This document shows positions 52,305-64,000 of a stretch of DNA of 64,000 bases, piece after piece; within the stretch, counting starts at the first letter, position 1, and every line of letters begins with the position of its first letter. This DNA comes from Antedon mediterranea (lineage: Eukaryota > Animalia > Echinodermata): contig NC_092676.1 of assembly GCF_964355755.1 (NCBI RefSeq), positions 20,106,871 to 20,170,870 on the forward strand, read 5' to 3'. The notes beneath the pieces are model-generated. The model did no database searches. It saw nothing but the letters and a program-made list of their open reading frames with translations, and was not told the origin of the DNA. The translations under genes and the position numbers were made by a program.

Positions 52305-52843
52305 ATTATATATATAAACACAACAGGCATAGAAATAAATTCCAAACCGCCCGGTGATACACTGAAAATTATTTAATTAATTTTTGAAACGATAAAGATG
52401 AGGAAATCTGGGAGAATGAGAAGAAGTCGCCCCAACCGAGACCCGAACTCGGACCGTCTGCTTGATATGCAGTTGCCCTAACCATTAGACCACTGGGGCT
52501 TTCATTGTTCTTTAACTCGATCGGATAACGACCCTTTAACATTCTCGGCGTGGTACGGTTGGAACACAACTAGTCCTCAGTTGTACGCACGCGCACCAGA
52601 GATCAAATTGATACGCCCTCATCTATAATTCAGTATATTTATTCACTAAGCGGGATCTCGAGAGATACTTATATATATATATAAACACAACAGGCATAGA
52701 AATAAATTCCAAACCACCCGGTGATACACTGAAAATTATTTAATTAATTTTTGAAACGATAAAGATGAGGAAATCTGGGAGAATGAGAAAAAGTCGCTCC
52801 AACCGAGACTCGAACTCGAACCGTCTACTTGATATGCAGTTGA
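52305..52843 (-). mobile_element. (TA)n-embedded repeat with a tRNA-like segment (52428-52499) and a partial tandem copy
   Basis: Minus strand GCCCCAGTGGTCTAATGGTTAGGGC...GTCCGAGTTCGGGTCTCGGTTGGGGCG. 52310-52475 recurs at 52675-52843, and a fragment of the same family is at 29421-29472. Confidence 0.65.
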
Positions 52844-53764
52844 CAGATTAGTGGGAAGTTCAGTTGAAAAGCCTACAGTCACATGACAAATCTTTCAAAA
52901 AAATATCTAATTATTGGAAATATTAGGCCCTACAGTAATTATCCGATACTATATGCCACGGAAATATAATAGTCTTATAGATCCCATTGGCTCCGTCGAC
53001 CAATGGGATATATTCTTTTTTTTTATCGGTTACAGCCATCCATTGAGATCATTTGAAGTATTAGAAAGAGAAGAGTACCTAAACATTCAAATTATTATCG
53101 ACTGTCTTTAAAAAGTAATTGTTGATTTTACATAATAGCAACCATTAATTTTTTTGCAAGAGGGTAAAAAAAATAACGGACTTGATCAGCTTCAATATTT
53201 ATCATTATCAATTTTTTTAATCTGGCATTAAATATCCTGATGCTACTTATACTGCCTCATTGCTGATATGAATGTGAACACGTATACAGAAGAATATATA
53301 CTTGTTAAATTATACGACACCAATGATAATGTAAATTTGCCATCACGTGACAAACTATGTTATGCGTTCGAGTTGAGCTACAGTATCAGCAGCGAGTGAA
53401 TGAAGCGGAGGATCTTACAAGTATGTAAGTACTGTATATAGTGTATTGTTATGCATTCGCAGACACGTCACAATAGGCCCAATAAGCACCAATAAGACCG
53501 TGCATGTAATAATAACGTATTGACGTTTAGGATTATTATTTGGCTTCATATAGGCCTTACAACTTCCACTCACATAACATCCTGTGGGTTTTTGTGGAAG
53601 TAGTAATATCCATCCATGAGGATGGAAAGAAAATATACGGAAATGACCAAGTTTAAAAATAAACTCAAAGGATAAAAATACTTTCTCTTCTTCGTCAAGT
53701 TAAATCGTGTGTGTTGGAGAATTCGGAAAAACCAAATGTTTTGATTAATTCTAAATGTGTATCA

Positions 53765-54925
53765 TTATTACCTCCGCCAAGGAGGTTATAATGCTTTTGT
53801 TTCATCTCGTCTGGACTGTAATAACTCGCTTCTGTACGGCCTACCAACTTCTTATCTGTCTCCTCTTCAACGAATCCAAAATTCCGCCGCAAGACTTATC
53901 ACTGGCACTAAACGACATGAACATATTTCTCCCGTTTTACGTGACTTACACTGGTTGCCTGTTGATCAGCGCATTCGTTTTAAAATCCTGTTGCTGACAT
54001 ATAAGGCCATCAACGGATGTGCTCCAGCCTACATATGTGACATCATTACTCCGTCAACCAACTCTTCGCTTCGTTCATCCAGCAGACTTCTTCTAAAACC
54101 TGGACCCCGTTCCAGAACTCGGTTTTACGGTGATCGTGCTTTCGCTGTCGCAGCCCCAAAACTCTGGAACACTCTACCACTCGAAATACGCTCATCAAAA
54201 TCTGTTTTCACATTTAAAACTAAACTCAAAACTCATCTCTTCAGAGAAGCATAATCGCACGCTACTACTTGCACTGATCTTGGAAAACACAGCGCTTTGA
54301 AACCTTTGTCTCTTGCGCTTTATAAATGTTATTTATTATTATTATTATTATGTTTTCACTCCTGTATGTTTGTGTGTGTGTTTGTGTGTGTGTGTGTTTG
54401 TGTGTGTGTCTGTGAACAGCCTGGAGGCCACAGTTTTTATCCGATTCTAACCAAATTTGGACACAATGATCTATGCCCAAAAAGCTCGGACGAGTTCGAA
54501 TTTGATGGGGAAAGGTCATAGGTCAAGGTCACAACTAACAAAAAACTATTTTACTGCCTAGAGACCACAGTTTTGATCCGATTCTCACCAAACTTAACCA
54601 CAATGATCAATGACACATCATATAATTGTGGTTAAATTTTGAAGGGTCAGGGTCAAAGATCAAGGTCCACAAAAAAAAAAAATAAATAGAAAAATAATAA
54701 AAAAAAAAAAACCCTCAGTGGGACTTGAACCAGCGATCTCAACTGTGAGAGGCTGGATACATAACCATTACACCACACTGTCATCCACAACTTTGTAGTG
54801 TGCAGTTAATATATTTACACATAGACCTAATAAAAAAAATGTAAAAAAAAAATATTCAGGGGGAATTTTATGTAGGGGAATTTTACAGTAGGCGGAGGTT
54901 TGTACTCTCGGAGTACCCTCTAGTT
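53765..54925 (+). mobile_element. Helentron/DINE-like non-autonomous element
   Basis: Subterminal inverted repeats ACCTCCGCC (53770-53778) and GGCGGAGGT (54891-54899), internal (GT)n, 3' hairpin GTACTC-TCG-GAGTAC and CTAGTT end. A related 3' end is on minus at ~36688-36720. Confidence 0.65.
53790..54350 (+). mobile_element. 5'-truncated L2-clade LINE nested in the Helentron-like element
   Basis: AFVSSRLDCNNSLLYGLP...LQRIQNSAARLI...HISPVLRDLHWLPV..RI.FKILLLTYKA...GDRAFAVAAPKLWNTLP...FKTKLKTHLF, a short 3' UTR and a (TTA)n tail. Confidence 0.9.
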
Positions 54926-55284
54926 TTTTATGTTTCAGATGTTGGGAATTAAAAAAAAAACACACAAAAAAACCAACATATAAATGCATACAAAAAATAA
55001 CAGCTGCTGCTCCCACAGAATAGCTTTGATCGTTGCAGAAAGAAACAAATAGTCATTTTATTATGGCTGTTAAATGTTATGGGAAGGGGGGAGGGGGAAT
55101 AAAGCCTGTTTATCCCCTGCCTAAATCCGCGCCTGACCTGCATGGGGTGTTACTTGAATATAGGTTGTCCCGAATACTGCATTTCCCCTGGGTGTGGGTG
55201 TCACCTGCATGGGGATGTCACCTAGGTTGTGCTACATTTTCTCATCTCACAGGAAATACGTGTCCTTTAATATGGGTGTCAACT

Positions 55285-56772
55285 GAATGGGGATGTCACC
55301 CGGAATAGGTTGTCCCGAGTATTACATTCCCCCTCGTAGGCCTATCAGCATCACAGGAGTTAGGGTGTTCCTTGCATGGGGTGTCACCGATAGGGATGTC
55401 ACCTAAATAGGTTGTCCCCAATATTACATTCCACCTCGTAGGCCTAATCAGCATCACAGGAGTTAGGGTGTCCCCTGCATGGGGTGTCACCGATGGGGAT
55501 GTCACCCGAATAGGTTGTCCCGAATATTACATTCCCATTCGAGGCCTAATCAGCATCACCGGAGTTAGGGTGTCCCCTGCATGGGGTGTCACCGATGGGG
55601 ATGTCACCTGAATAGGTTGTCCCGAATATTACATTCCCCTTCGTACTAGGCATAATCAGCATCACAGGAGTTAGGGTGTCCCTTGCATGGGGTGTCACCG
55701 ATGGGGATGTCACCTAAATAGGTTGTCCCGAATACATTCCCCCTCGTAGGCCTAATCAGCATCACAGGAGTTAAGATGTCCCCTGCATGGGGTGTCACCG
55801 ATGGGGATGGCACCTGAATAGGTTGTCCCGAATATTACATTCCCCCTCGTACAGTGGCCTAATCAGCACAGGAGTTAGGGTGTCCCCTGCATGGGGTGTC
55901 ACCGATGGGGATGTCACCCGAATAGGTTGTCCCCAATATTACATTCCCCCTCGTAGGCCTAATCAGCACCATAGGAGTTAGGGTGTCCCCTGCATGGGGT
56001 GTTACCGATGGGGATGTTACCCGAATAGGTTGTCCCCAATATTACATTCCCCCTCGTAGGCCTAATCAGCACCATATGAGTTAGGGTGTCCCCTGCATGG
56101 GGTGTTACCGATGGGATGTCAACTGAATAGGTTGTCCCGAATATTACATTCCCCCTCGTACAGTAGGCCTAATCAGCATCACAGGAGTTAGGGTGTCCCC
56201 TGCATGGGGTGTTACCGATGGGATGTCACCTGAATAGGTTGTCCCGAATATTACATTCCCCCTCGTACAGTAGGCCGTAATCAGCACCACAGGAGTTAGG
56301 GTGTCCCCTGCATGGGGTGTCACCGATGGAATGTCACCTGAATAGGTTGTCCCGAATATTACATTCCCCCTCGTACAGTGGCCTAATCATCACAGGAGTT
56401 AGGGTGTCCCCTGCATGGGGTGTTACCGATGGGATGTCACCTGAATAGGTTGTCCCGAATATTACATTCCCCTCGTACAGTAGGCCGTAATCAGCACCAC
56501 AGGAGTTAGGGTGTCCCCTGCATGGGGTGTCACCGATGGGATGTCACCTGAATAGGTTGTCCCGAATATTACATTCCCCCTCGTACAGTAGGCCTAATCA
56601 GCATCACAGGAGTTAGGGTGTCCCCTGCATGGGTTGTTACCGATGGGGATGTCACCTGAATAGGTTGTCCCGAATATTACATTCCCCCTCGTACAGTGGC
56701 CTAATCAGCACCACAGGAGTTAGGGTGTCCCCTGCATGGGGTGTTACCGATGGGGATGTCACCTGAATAGGC
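55285..56772 (+). repeat. Minisatellite, ~103-108 bp unit, about 14 copies
   Basis: Unit GAATAGGTTGTCCCGAATATTACATTCCCCCTCGTAGGCCTAATCAGCATCACAGGAGTTAGGGTGTCCCCTGCATGGGGTGTCACCGATGGGGATGTCACCT. Confidence 0.95.
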
Positions 56773-57710
56773 CTTCTTAATTAGTTACAACGGAAAGTGT
56801 GCCCTTAATAGGAGTGTCCCCAGAATAAGTTGTCATGACTGTTGAACAGATATTTCCCCGATCGTTTTACATGTTACTTGTTGATGGATAAAAGTGGTAG
56901 TGTGCCACAAAAGAGAAAAAAGCAGTTGTAAAATGTGAAAAAAAATTCACTGAAAAAGTTAACGTATAAGATAGCTATATTTTGATTGACTGGATCAGGT
57001 TTATAAACCGACACGCACCGGTATATGCTACTAAACTTTAAATTTAAATTTACTTTAGATATTATATGTCGTAGATTGAGATTCTCTCCTATATAAGTAT
57101 AGGGAAGAAAAAGTAAATCTATATATAGGTCCAAAGGCAAAAATAATATTTATTTGCGGTTTTATAGACAAACGTTAGGCCTACTCCGAAATACGGGGCA
57201 CCTGGATATACTGGAAAAGCACTATGTGCTAAGCCATGCATGTATTATATCACTGAGTGTATTGAGTGTATTATTATATCAATTGATACCACATCCGTCA
57301 CAGACTGGTAGATAAACACCAGGATTCTGATTGGCTGGCTTTCGGAGAAAAGCATTCGTTCTGAGTATTAGCATGTTTCGAAGAACCTAGACAAATATTA
57401 ATTCAATATTGATTACATAAAATTAAAAAAATGAAATTAATTTATGTTATTATAATTTACAGGTAAACAGAAGACTTATATTACGTTTGCAAAGTTAAAA
57501 GATAACGTAAATATGTGAAAATATACACATTTGATCATACGTAGGCTGCAAGAACTCGTAATCAATTGTCAACGTCATCAAATTGAGGGGGCTATACAAG
57601 AGATCGAACTGATACGGGGAAATCCATAAATATATTTCCGGTTAAACAGCTATTTCATTGTACATTCCTGGTTTCTAGCGAATTTCGTAATAGCTGAAAT
57701 TACCAGGGGC

Positions 57711-57874
57711 TTATAAGAAATCGTCTGCGAAGCTCCAGCCTATTAGCGGCGCTAGACTTTCAGCGGCATTCATTCAAAACTGTGGCTCGTTCGAGGTAGG
57801 ACGTACTATATATCTTTCAAAACATTTCTACTGCCGTCAAGATGAAAATTAAAAGAAAACTGTTCAAGGTAGGT
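57711..57874 (+). other. Possible promoter and first coding exon of an unidentified plus-strand gene
   Basis: TATAAGA at 57712, Inr-like TCATT, good Kozak context GTCAAGATG at 57842 (MKIKRKLFK) and donor AAG|GTAGGT at 57868. No downstream exon recognised. Confidence 0.3.
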
Positions 57875-58287
57875 GTTTTTCTTTTCAATCACTTTCAGGT
57901 ATACATGGCATTCTAATTATCATTTGGTTTTTTTCTACTCATGTAACTTTAAAATGTTTTGGCCGGTTCTTAATATTTAATAATGTGTCACAAAGATCTT
58001 CGTAAAAGTATTTTCTTTAAATTTAGGCCTATTTAAAATACAATATTATAAATCAATTAATATATAGATCTATATACAGTATCATTATTTTTAATTAAAA
58101 TTATCTTCGTAAAAGTATTTTATTTTTCATTTTTAATTTGTATTAAAATTTTAATTTATTTAAATATAAAATTGTAAATCAATTAATATATAGATCTATA
58201 TATTAATTATCATTAATTTTAATTAAAAATATTGCGTATGGAATCTGCTTTTCCATATTCTCATCATTAAAATTATTACGGTCTTTT

Positions 58288-58878
58288 ATGGTGGTGATGT
58301 TGATAGTGTAAGGAAAGTGGTAGGAAGACAATCAACGGATGATGATGCTGGTGATGATGAAGTTGGTGATGGTGCCAAATGCTGATAGAGTGTGATGATG
58401 ATGATGTTTGTTGGTGATGATTGGTGGTAGTGATGCTGATGGGATGGTTGGTGGTGGAACTAAGGTGATGAAGTTAACAGATGATAGAAGTGATGGATGT
58501 GGTGTGGGTGATGGTGACTGGTGGTGATAGACAATGGTGTCGATTAATGTGCCATTATTGGTGTTGATGGTGGTGGTAGTTATGATGGTGATGATGAGAT
58601 GTTTTGGTGCAGATGGACAATGGTGTCGATTAATGTGCCATTTGGTGTTGATGGTGACGATGAGACGTTTTGGTGCTGATAGACAATGGTGTCGATTAAT
58701 GTGCTATTATTGGTGTTGATGGTGGTGGTAGTTATGATGGTGACGATGATATGTTTTGGTGCAGATGGACAATGGTTTCGATTAATGTGCCATTATTGGT
58801 GTTGATGGTGGTGGTGGTTATGATGGTGATGATGAAGATCCGTCGATGACAATGATGATGATGATGATGATGATGACA
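58288..58878 (+). repeat. Low-complexity (GAT/GGT)n region with internal ~60-90 bp duplications
   Basis: GATGGTGGT-rich tract; GACAATGGTGTCGATTAATGTGCCAT recurs four times. Confidence 0.85.
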
Positions 58879-61337
58879 ATATCCCTAACTCTTCGATCTT
58901 ATAATGTAACATATGTTACCATTCCATTGTTTTAAGACAACAGTCCATTGTATATTGGTTAGATCAAGTTACGTTTTTCGAACATAACCCATAATAAATG
59001 AAAATGAGCACTAAACTAAAATATTTTTTATAACCCCTATTTTTTCATGTTCTTTGTTTGTCAATGTTGTTTTTTATAGACTTGTTGTCTAATAAAGCAG
59101 CTGGCCCAAAGTGGTTTATTTACGTTACATAACCAATACAATAACTTATCTATATTTAATTTTATACCAGCGTGTAATGCAATTAGGTCTATAGACAAGT
59201 AAAGTAAAAACACTAGTTTTATCACTAGAGTATTTTAGCAACACAAGGCAATATGCAATATTGTATAATTCTAGACCAAATGCTACAAAGTTCACTTAGT
59301 GAATTAGAAAACATTTGTTGTTGGATTAAGGCGATTCACATTTCTGAACTAGTTGTTTATACAGTTCAAATTAAATAAATGAAATAGATAAGATCGTATA
59401 TTTTAATTTGTTTGAATATAGAGATCCGCTTATAGTTTTATTAGGATTGCAATGGCTATGTTCTATGGTAGAAAACTTTGCCATTGTATGACACTTACCG
59501 CCATACAATTTGGTTTCCACTTTTTGGACGCAACGCAACGACGTATACGCAACGCAAGTGAGTTGACCAATCATAATGCTATAGTAGATCATTCATCCCG
59601 TTGTGATTTGTCAACATTCTTGCGGAGCGTTTGTTGAGAACTAAACTTTGTTCCGTCCTTAATGATGTTCTTTATCTAATTTTTAGAAGAATTTTCTTAA
59701 ACAACATTATAGGCTCATCGTAAATTACCGGCTTCTAACAGAGAATACAATACGTTAATACAATGCCGGAAAGTAGCCGACAGTATAACACATGTTCAAG
59801 GGCGGATATTAAATTGTCAAATTTATTTTAATAACTGTAGGCCTACTAAAAAAAAAGAATATTATTGTTTATATGCCAAGTAAACCTAATAGTGATAAAG
59901 AAAAACGCCTGTCTTGTTAAGCATGCAGCACGCCATTAAAATGCATGATGTAATTAACATTTCATTTAATTCAGAAATAAATGATATGGTTTATTTTTAT
60001 ATTAATGTGTATATGTTGTATATAACGTCACAGTAAATATACACGTTACATCTGTATGTGTTGTACTTTGAACTGAGCGTCGATATATAGGCTACATACC
60101 AACGGTAATACATCCATCATACTTGAGATGACATTTGAACAATTGTTATTACTTTTTTATTAATATTCTATTATTTATTCAGTATTATTTGAAAGAATAC
60201 TATTATATAATAATAATCAATTGGGCAATTATGCAAAGCCTCAATACGCTGAACAAAAGAATTAAAAAGCGGAAAAACTAAGTGAAAAAAAAAGAGTTCA
60301 AAAGTTATATAGGCTTAAACAATTCTAACTGCAATAATTGATTAGCCGCGCCGCGTCCATGGTGTAAATGATGCTAAATTAATTGTAATCATAATTTCAT
60401 AAATTGCCATTTAATTCCAGTTAATTAGTTTTATCCTCAGTCAGAAAATATAAATTTAAGAAATTTGAAAGTATTTGGTCTACGATTTTTTTAAACTAAA
60501 ATGTCGAGTCCGAGAAGAAGACATAGACCAATGATTAGAAAATAAATAGACAGCATTCAAGGAGATGGAAGGAAACGATATATTAATAATTAACTAATAT
60601 TAGACAAGAGATTAATTAACTCGTCACTATTGTCATTATGGCACTTATGAAGTTATATCTCTGTCGCCGGAATATCCCTTGTAACATGACTGAAAATGAT
60701 TATTTCATGACAAGAACAAGTGGGGCTAGACACCTACCTTGATTCTGCTATGTACCCGTAAGGTATCCATAGGCCTCGATGTAGAAAAAAAACTAAATGA
60801 CCAAAAACAAAACCATTTTAATCATGGATTAAACCTATTCATTTTAAAAGAACGTATACAATAACAATCGTAATAAAACAGGACGGTTCCGGCACTTACT
60901 TACTTTTTAAATGTATATTAAGACGATATACATAGTAAACACTTAATAAAGGGGATCTTACTCTACGGAGATTCCAACTAAAAAAATATAGCGATAAATG
61001 GCGGCCGATAGGGGACAGAACTTTACAACATCAATTCTTAGCCTATACCTTCTTGCTTTATACGATATGGAGATGCTAAACATTTCATGAGTGCCATTTG
61101 CATTACATGAACAAAAGTCAATCCTAACAACATCTGAAGAATAGAGTGTTTAAACAAAGGAACATTAGCATTCGTTCTTTGTCATAAACATAAGTGTTCA
61201 TAATTAATATTTCATATCATTTACATTAAGATCATTGATAACAAAACCCATTAATTTTATTGATGATCTCAATAGACGCAGGATAAACAAAAAGAGAAAT
61301 TATCAACAGGACATTTTTATTGCAGACTTAATTGAAC

Positions 61338-61377
61338 CAGGGAGTTGTTATTACTAATTACTAATAACAACTCCCTG
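61338..61377. mobile_element. 40-bp minimal inverted-repeat element with 7-bp TSD
   Basis: CAGGGAGTTGTTATTA-ctaattac-TAATAACAACTCCCTG flanked by ATTGAAC on both sides (61331-61337 and 61378-61384). Confidence 0.65.
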
Positions 61378-64000
61378 ATTGAACATAACATAATTAGCCT
61401 ATAATTAGTAATTATTAAAAAAAGGTACAAAATAATATTAAAAACACTGATTTGAACAATAATAATTACGAAAGAAAACTGACAATCTTATTAAAATAAT
61501 AACAAACACATTTCAGAGGATAAGATAGAAATCATTCTGTTTAATTTAAAAAAAGATAAATAGGCCTACTGTTTATTTTTCTTGTAGGCCTAAATGAAAA
61601 CGAATATCTTTTTAAAATTCATACAAAAAACACCAAAATTAATAAAATTAAGAAAATAGCCAACACAAAGTTTCCATATTCCATGTACTGGAAGTAATAA
61701 ACTGAATATCTTCTTTTTTAAGAAAAAAATATATAAATAATCATGTTAGAAAAACACTATCGCTTTTTGATGATGAACAACTCTAAAATGTATATAGGAA
61801 ATGGTTTTTTTTATTTTGTATCTATTATGTTGTGTTTATTGTTTTATGTTTTTATGTAAAAGGGTCCTGCGAAAACAGAAGTGTAAAATTCTCTATGCAG
61901 GATCCTTGCAATCATTTATGCTATGAAACTGTATTTATAAAGGATGAGTAAATAAATGTAAATATTGTTATTATATATGTTGTTATTATTTAATATTATT
62001 AAAGTATACCTATAAAGAGTGAAATTTCACTCTTTTCTTAGTATACTAAAACAAGACTTAATTTAATAATGTGTTTTAAAATGCTTTTTCCAAGCCAAGT
62101 TTTTATAAACGTGTAAGCCTAAATAACAATTGTATATAATCATTTTTATTGTTTTTTGGTTAGGGGAGGAGGAGATCGTGTAGGATAGTGCAGTGGCACA
62201 CCTTTTCTATGTTTTAAACACAAAAGATTGCTCTAGTAAAACTTTTCCTTTGATTTACGCATTACAACTTACTGTGTAATAAGTAATAAGTCTTACTTTT
62301 CTTAACTTAAATAATCAAAATTTTAAAACAATTCTTGTTTGTTCAATTTCAAATAATCCTTATTTAGTATTTAGTTATTGTTAAAAGAATTATTTTATCG
62401 AAATGGCTATAGGCCTAGACCTATACAGTCTCCAATGTACTGTACTTTGTTTTTATTTGAATTTATTTGAAAAATCATCATAAAAAATACATACAAAGTT
62501 ATAAAATTATACAGAAATACATTTATAGAAGATTTTTCCTAAAACTGTTTTTCCTTAATTGTTCTTAATTAATTTATTCCAGTTTATTATTTTTTTCTAA
62601 CTAAATGTGATGGTTCTGTCTTTTTGTTTTATAAAAAGAACACATCTTTCTATGTTTCTTTTAAATTTTGTGTTGTTTAATTGTAATTTTACTGTAAATG
62701 CGAAGTAAGAAATATAATACATTTTTGGCAAACTAAAAAAATGGAGAATTTAAACTTATATTTTTACATTAAAATTATGAATAATTCTTATATTTTAAGT
62801 ATACGTATTAATTTTAGCCTCTGCTAGGCCATAAATTATCACCAACATGCCGGCTTGTATCGGTCGTACCCGGTTGCGGGCAGACGGAATATTGGCTAGC
62901 GGTACGGTACTCAAAAATTATATGATTTATCCATGGTGTACAAATGTATACAACATGAATGTACCAATAACAAAAATATTACCATCTGTTTATAATAGTA
63001 TTTTAGCTTTATTATAACTTTAATATTTGTAGAAATTATTTCTAAAGACATGAATGTTTAATAACTGACCTATTACAATGTAATGCTCCATATATTTGAT
63101 GCCTAAATTGAACGATTAAAAAAACCAAATTACATGAAAGTTAAGCATTGCAACTGTAAGAGTTAGTCTCTTCCAGATAAGATTCCCATTTGAAGTTACA
63201 GATCTTACGATAAATTTAAAATTGAGAATTTCTTAAACACCATTTTAAATAATAACTCACGTAATCTTACGTATTTTAAAAATCAGTACAACATTTTGTA
63301 ATTTTTTCACAGCGCTATAGAATTTTGAAACAAAGTTGTTTGGATTTATGAAAACATAACTATGTAGGTTTAAACAATATCCTTTGTTTTTGTCAACCTT
63401 CAACTTGTATTCTACCGGCGTGTTCGATACCAAGATGTCGACATATTAACAATCAGTGGACCGGCGGTATATTATATAGTAACAATTGCAGAAATTGTTC
63501 TAATGTTATTTGTTTGTAATGTTTTATTCTGAATAAGTGAAATACGGTAGAAAGTTAAACGTAAAACAATCTTGGATGAAACCATAACTTCGATGACAGA
63601 GATCTATCGGAGGTTCGGAAGTCTTTTGTCAGTGGGCGATGACACGGAGGTTTGTAGACATGGAAGTCAGAATATTAGAGCCTAGAAATATAATATTATT
63701 TCAGAACGTTGCATATCGGAAATTACAATATTTTGTTAATAATTCCTAGTCTTTGGACACAAACGATTATGATGGACATATTAGGTATATTATGGTGCCT
63801 TAATTGCTGTTCTATATTCTATTGAACATTTTACTGAGAGTCATTTAACCAGATACGTTTTTAGTACCAGCAGTAAGTGAGCTAGGCTCATATGTAATAT
63901 TACTGTATTTTCTCTGCATTGTTTCGACATAATGTGTCCCTTTTCTATACGTTATACAGTCCTATAAATACCAGTCAATTTTTCTATAGGCTCACAATCT

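Noticed and set aside
58900-64000. Coding exons in the last 5 kb
   Set aside because: AT-rich with only short ORFs and MITE relics; no recognisable protein motif found.

Overview
AT-rich, intron-rich animal genomic DNA, probably a marine invertebrate (inference; the taxon cannot be proven from this window). No prokaryotic features or CRISPR arrays. Host genes: a LDL-receptor class B (YWTD) exon that may be a decayed gene (minus, ~3.8-5.6 kb), a single-coding-exon TSSC4 (plus, 15515-16342), two tandem 7-exon ZIP8/ZIP14-type (SLC39A, LIV-1) metal transporter paralogues that appear to lack the N-terminal ectodomain (minus, 18666-25378 and 35370-43213), and a 4-exon GPI-anchored Ly6/uPAR three-finger protein (minus, 45155-47820). 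The rest is mobile and repetitive DNA: an intact 1058-aa APE+RT LINE with a 2A ribosome-skipping motif behind a hydrophobic leader, five 3' LINE fragments, Penelope-like remnants, three hammerhead ribozyme motifs, a 1.65-kb foldback element with an 8-bp TSD, a 438-bp palindrome holding two back-to-back tRNA-like Pol III units, Harbinger- and Helentron-like MITEs, and four minisatellites that share one motif. Exon models were read by hand and checked for GT/AG sites and phase; no database searches were run.
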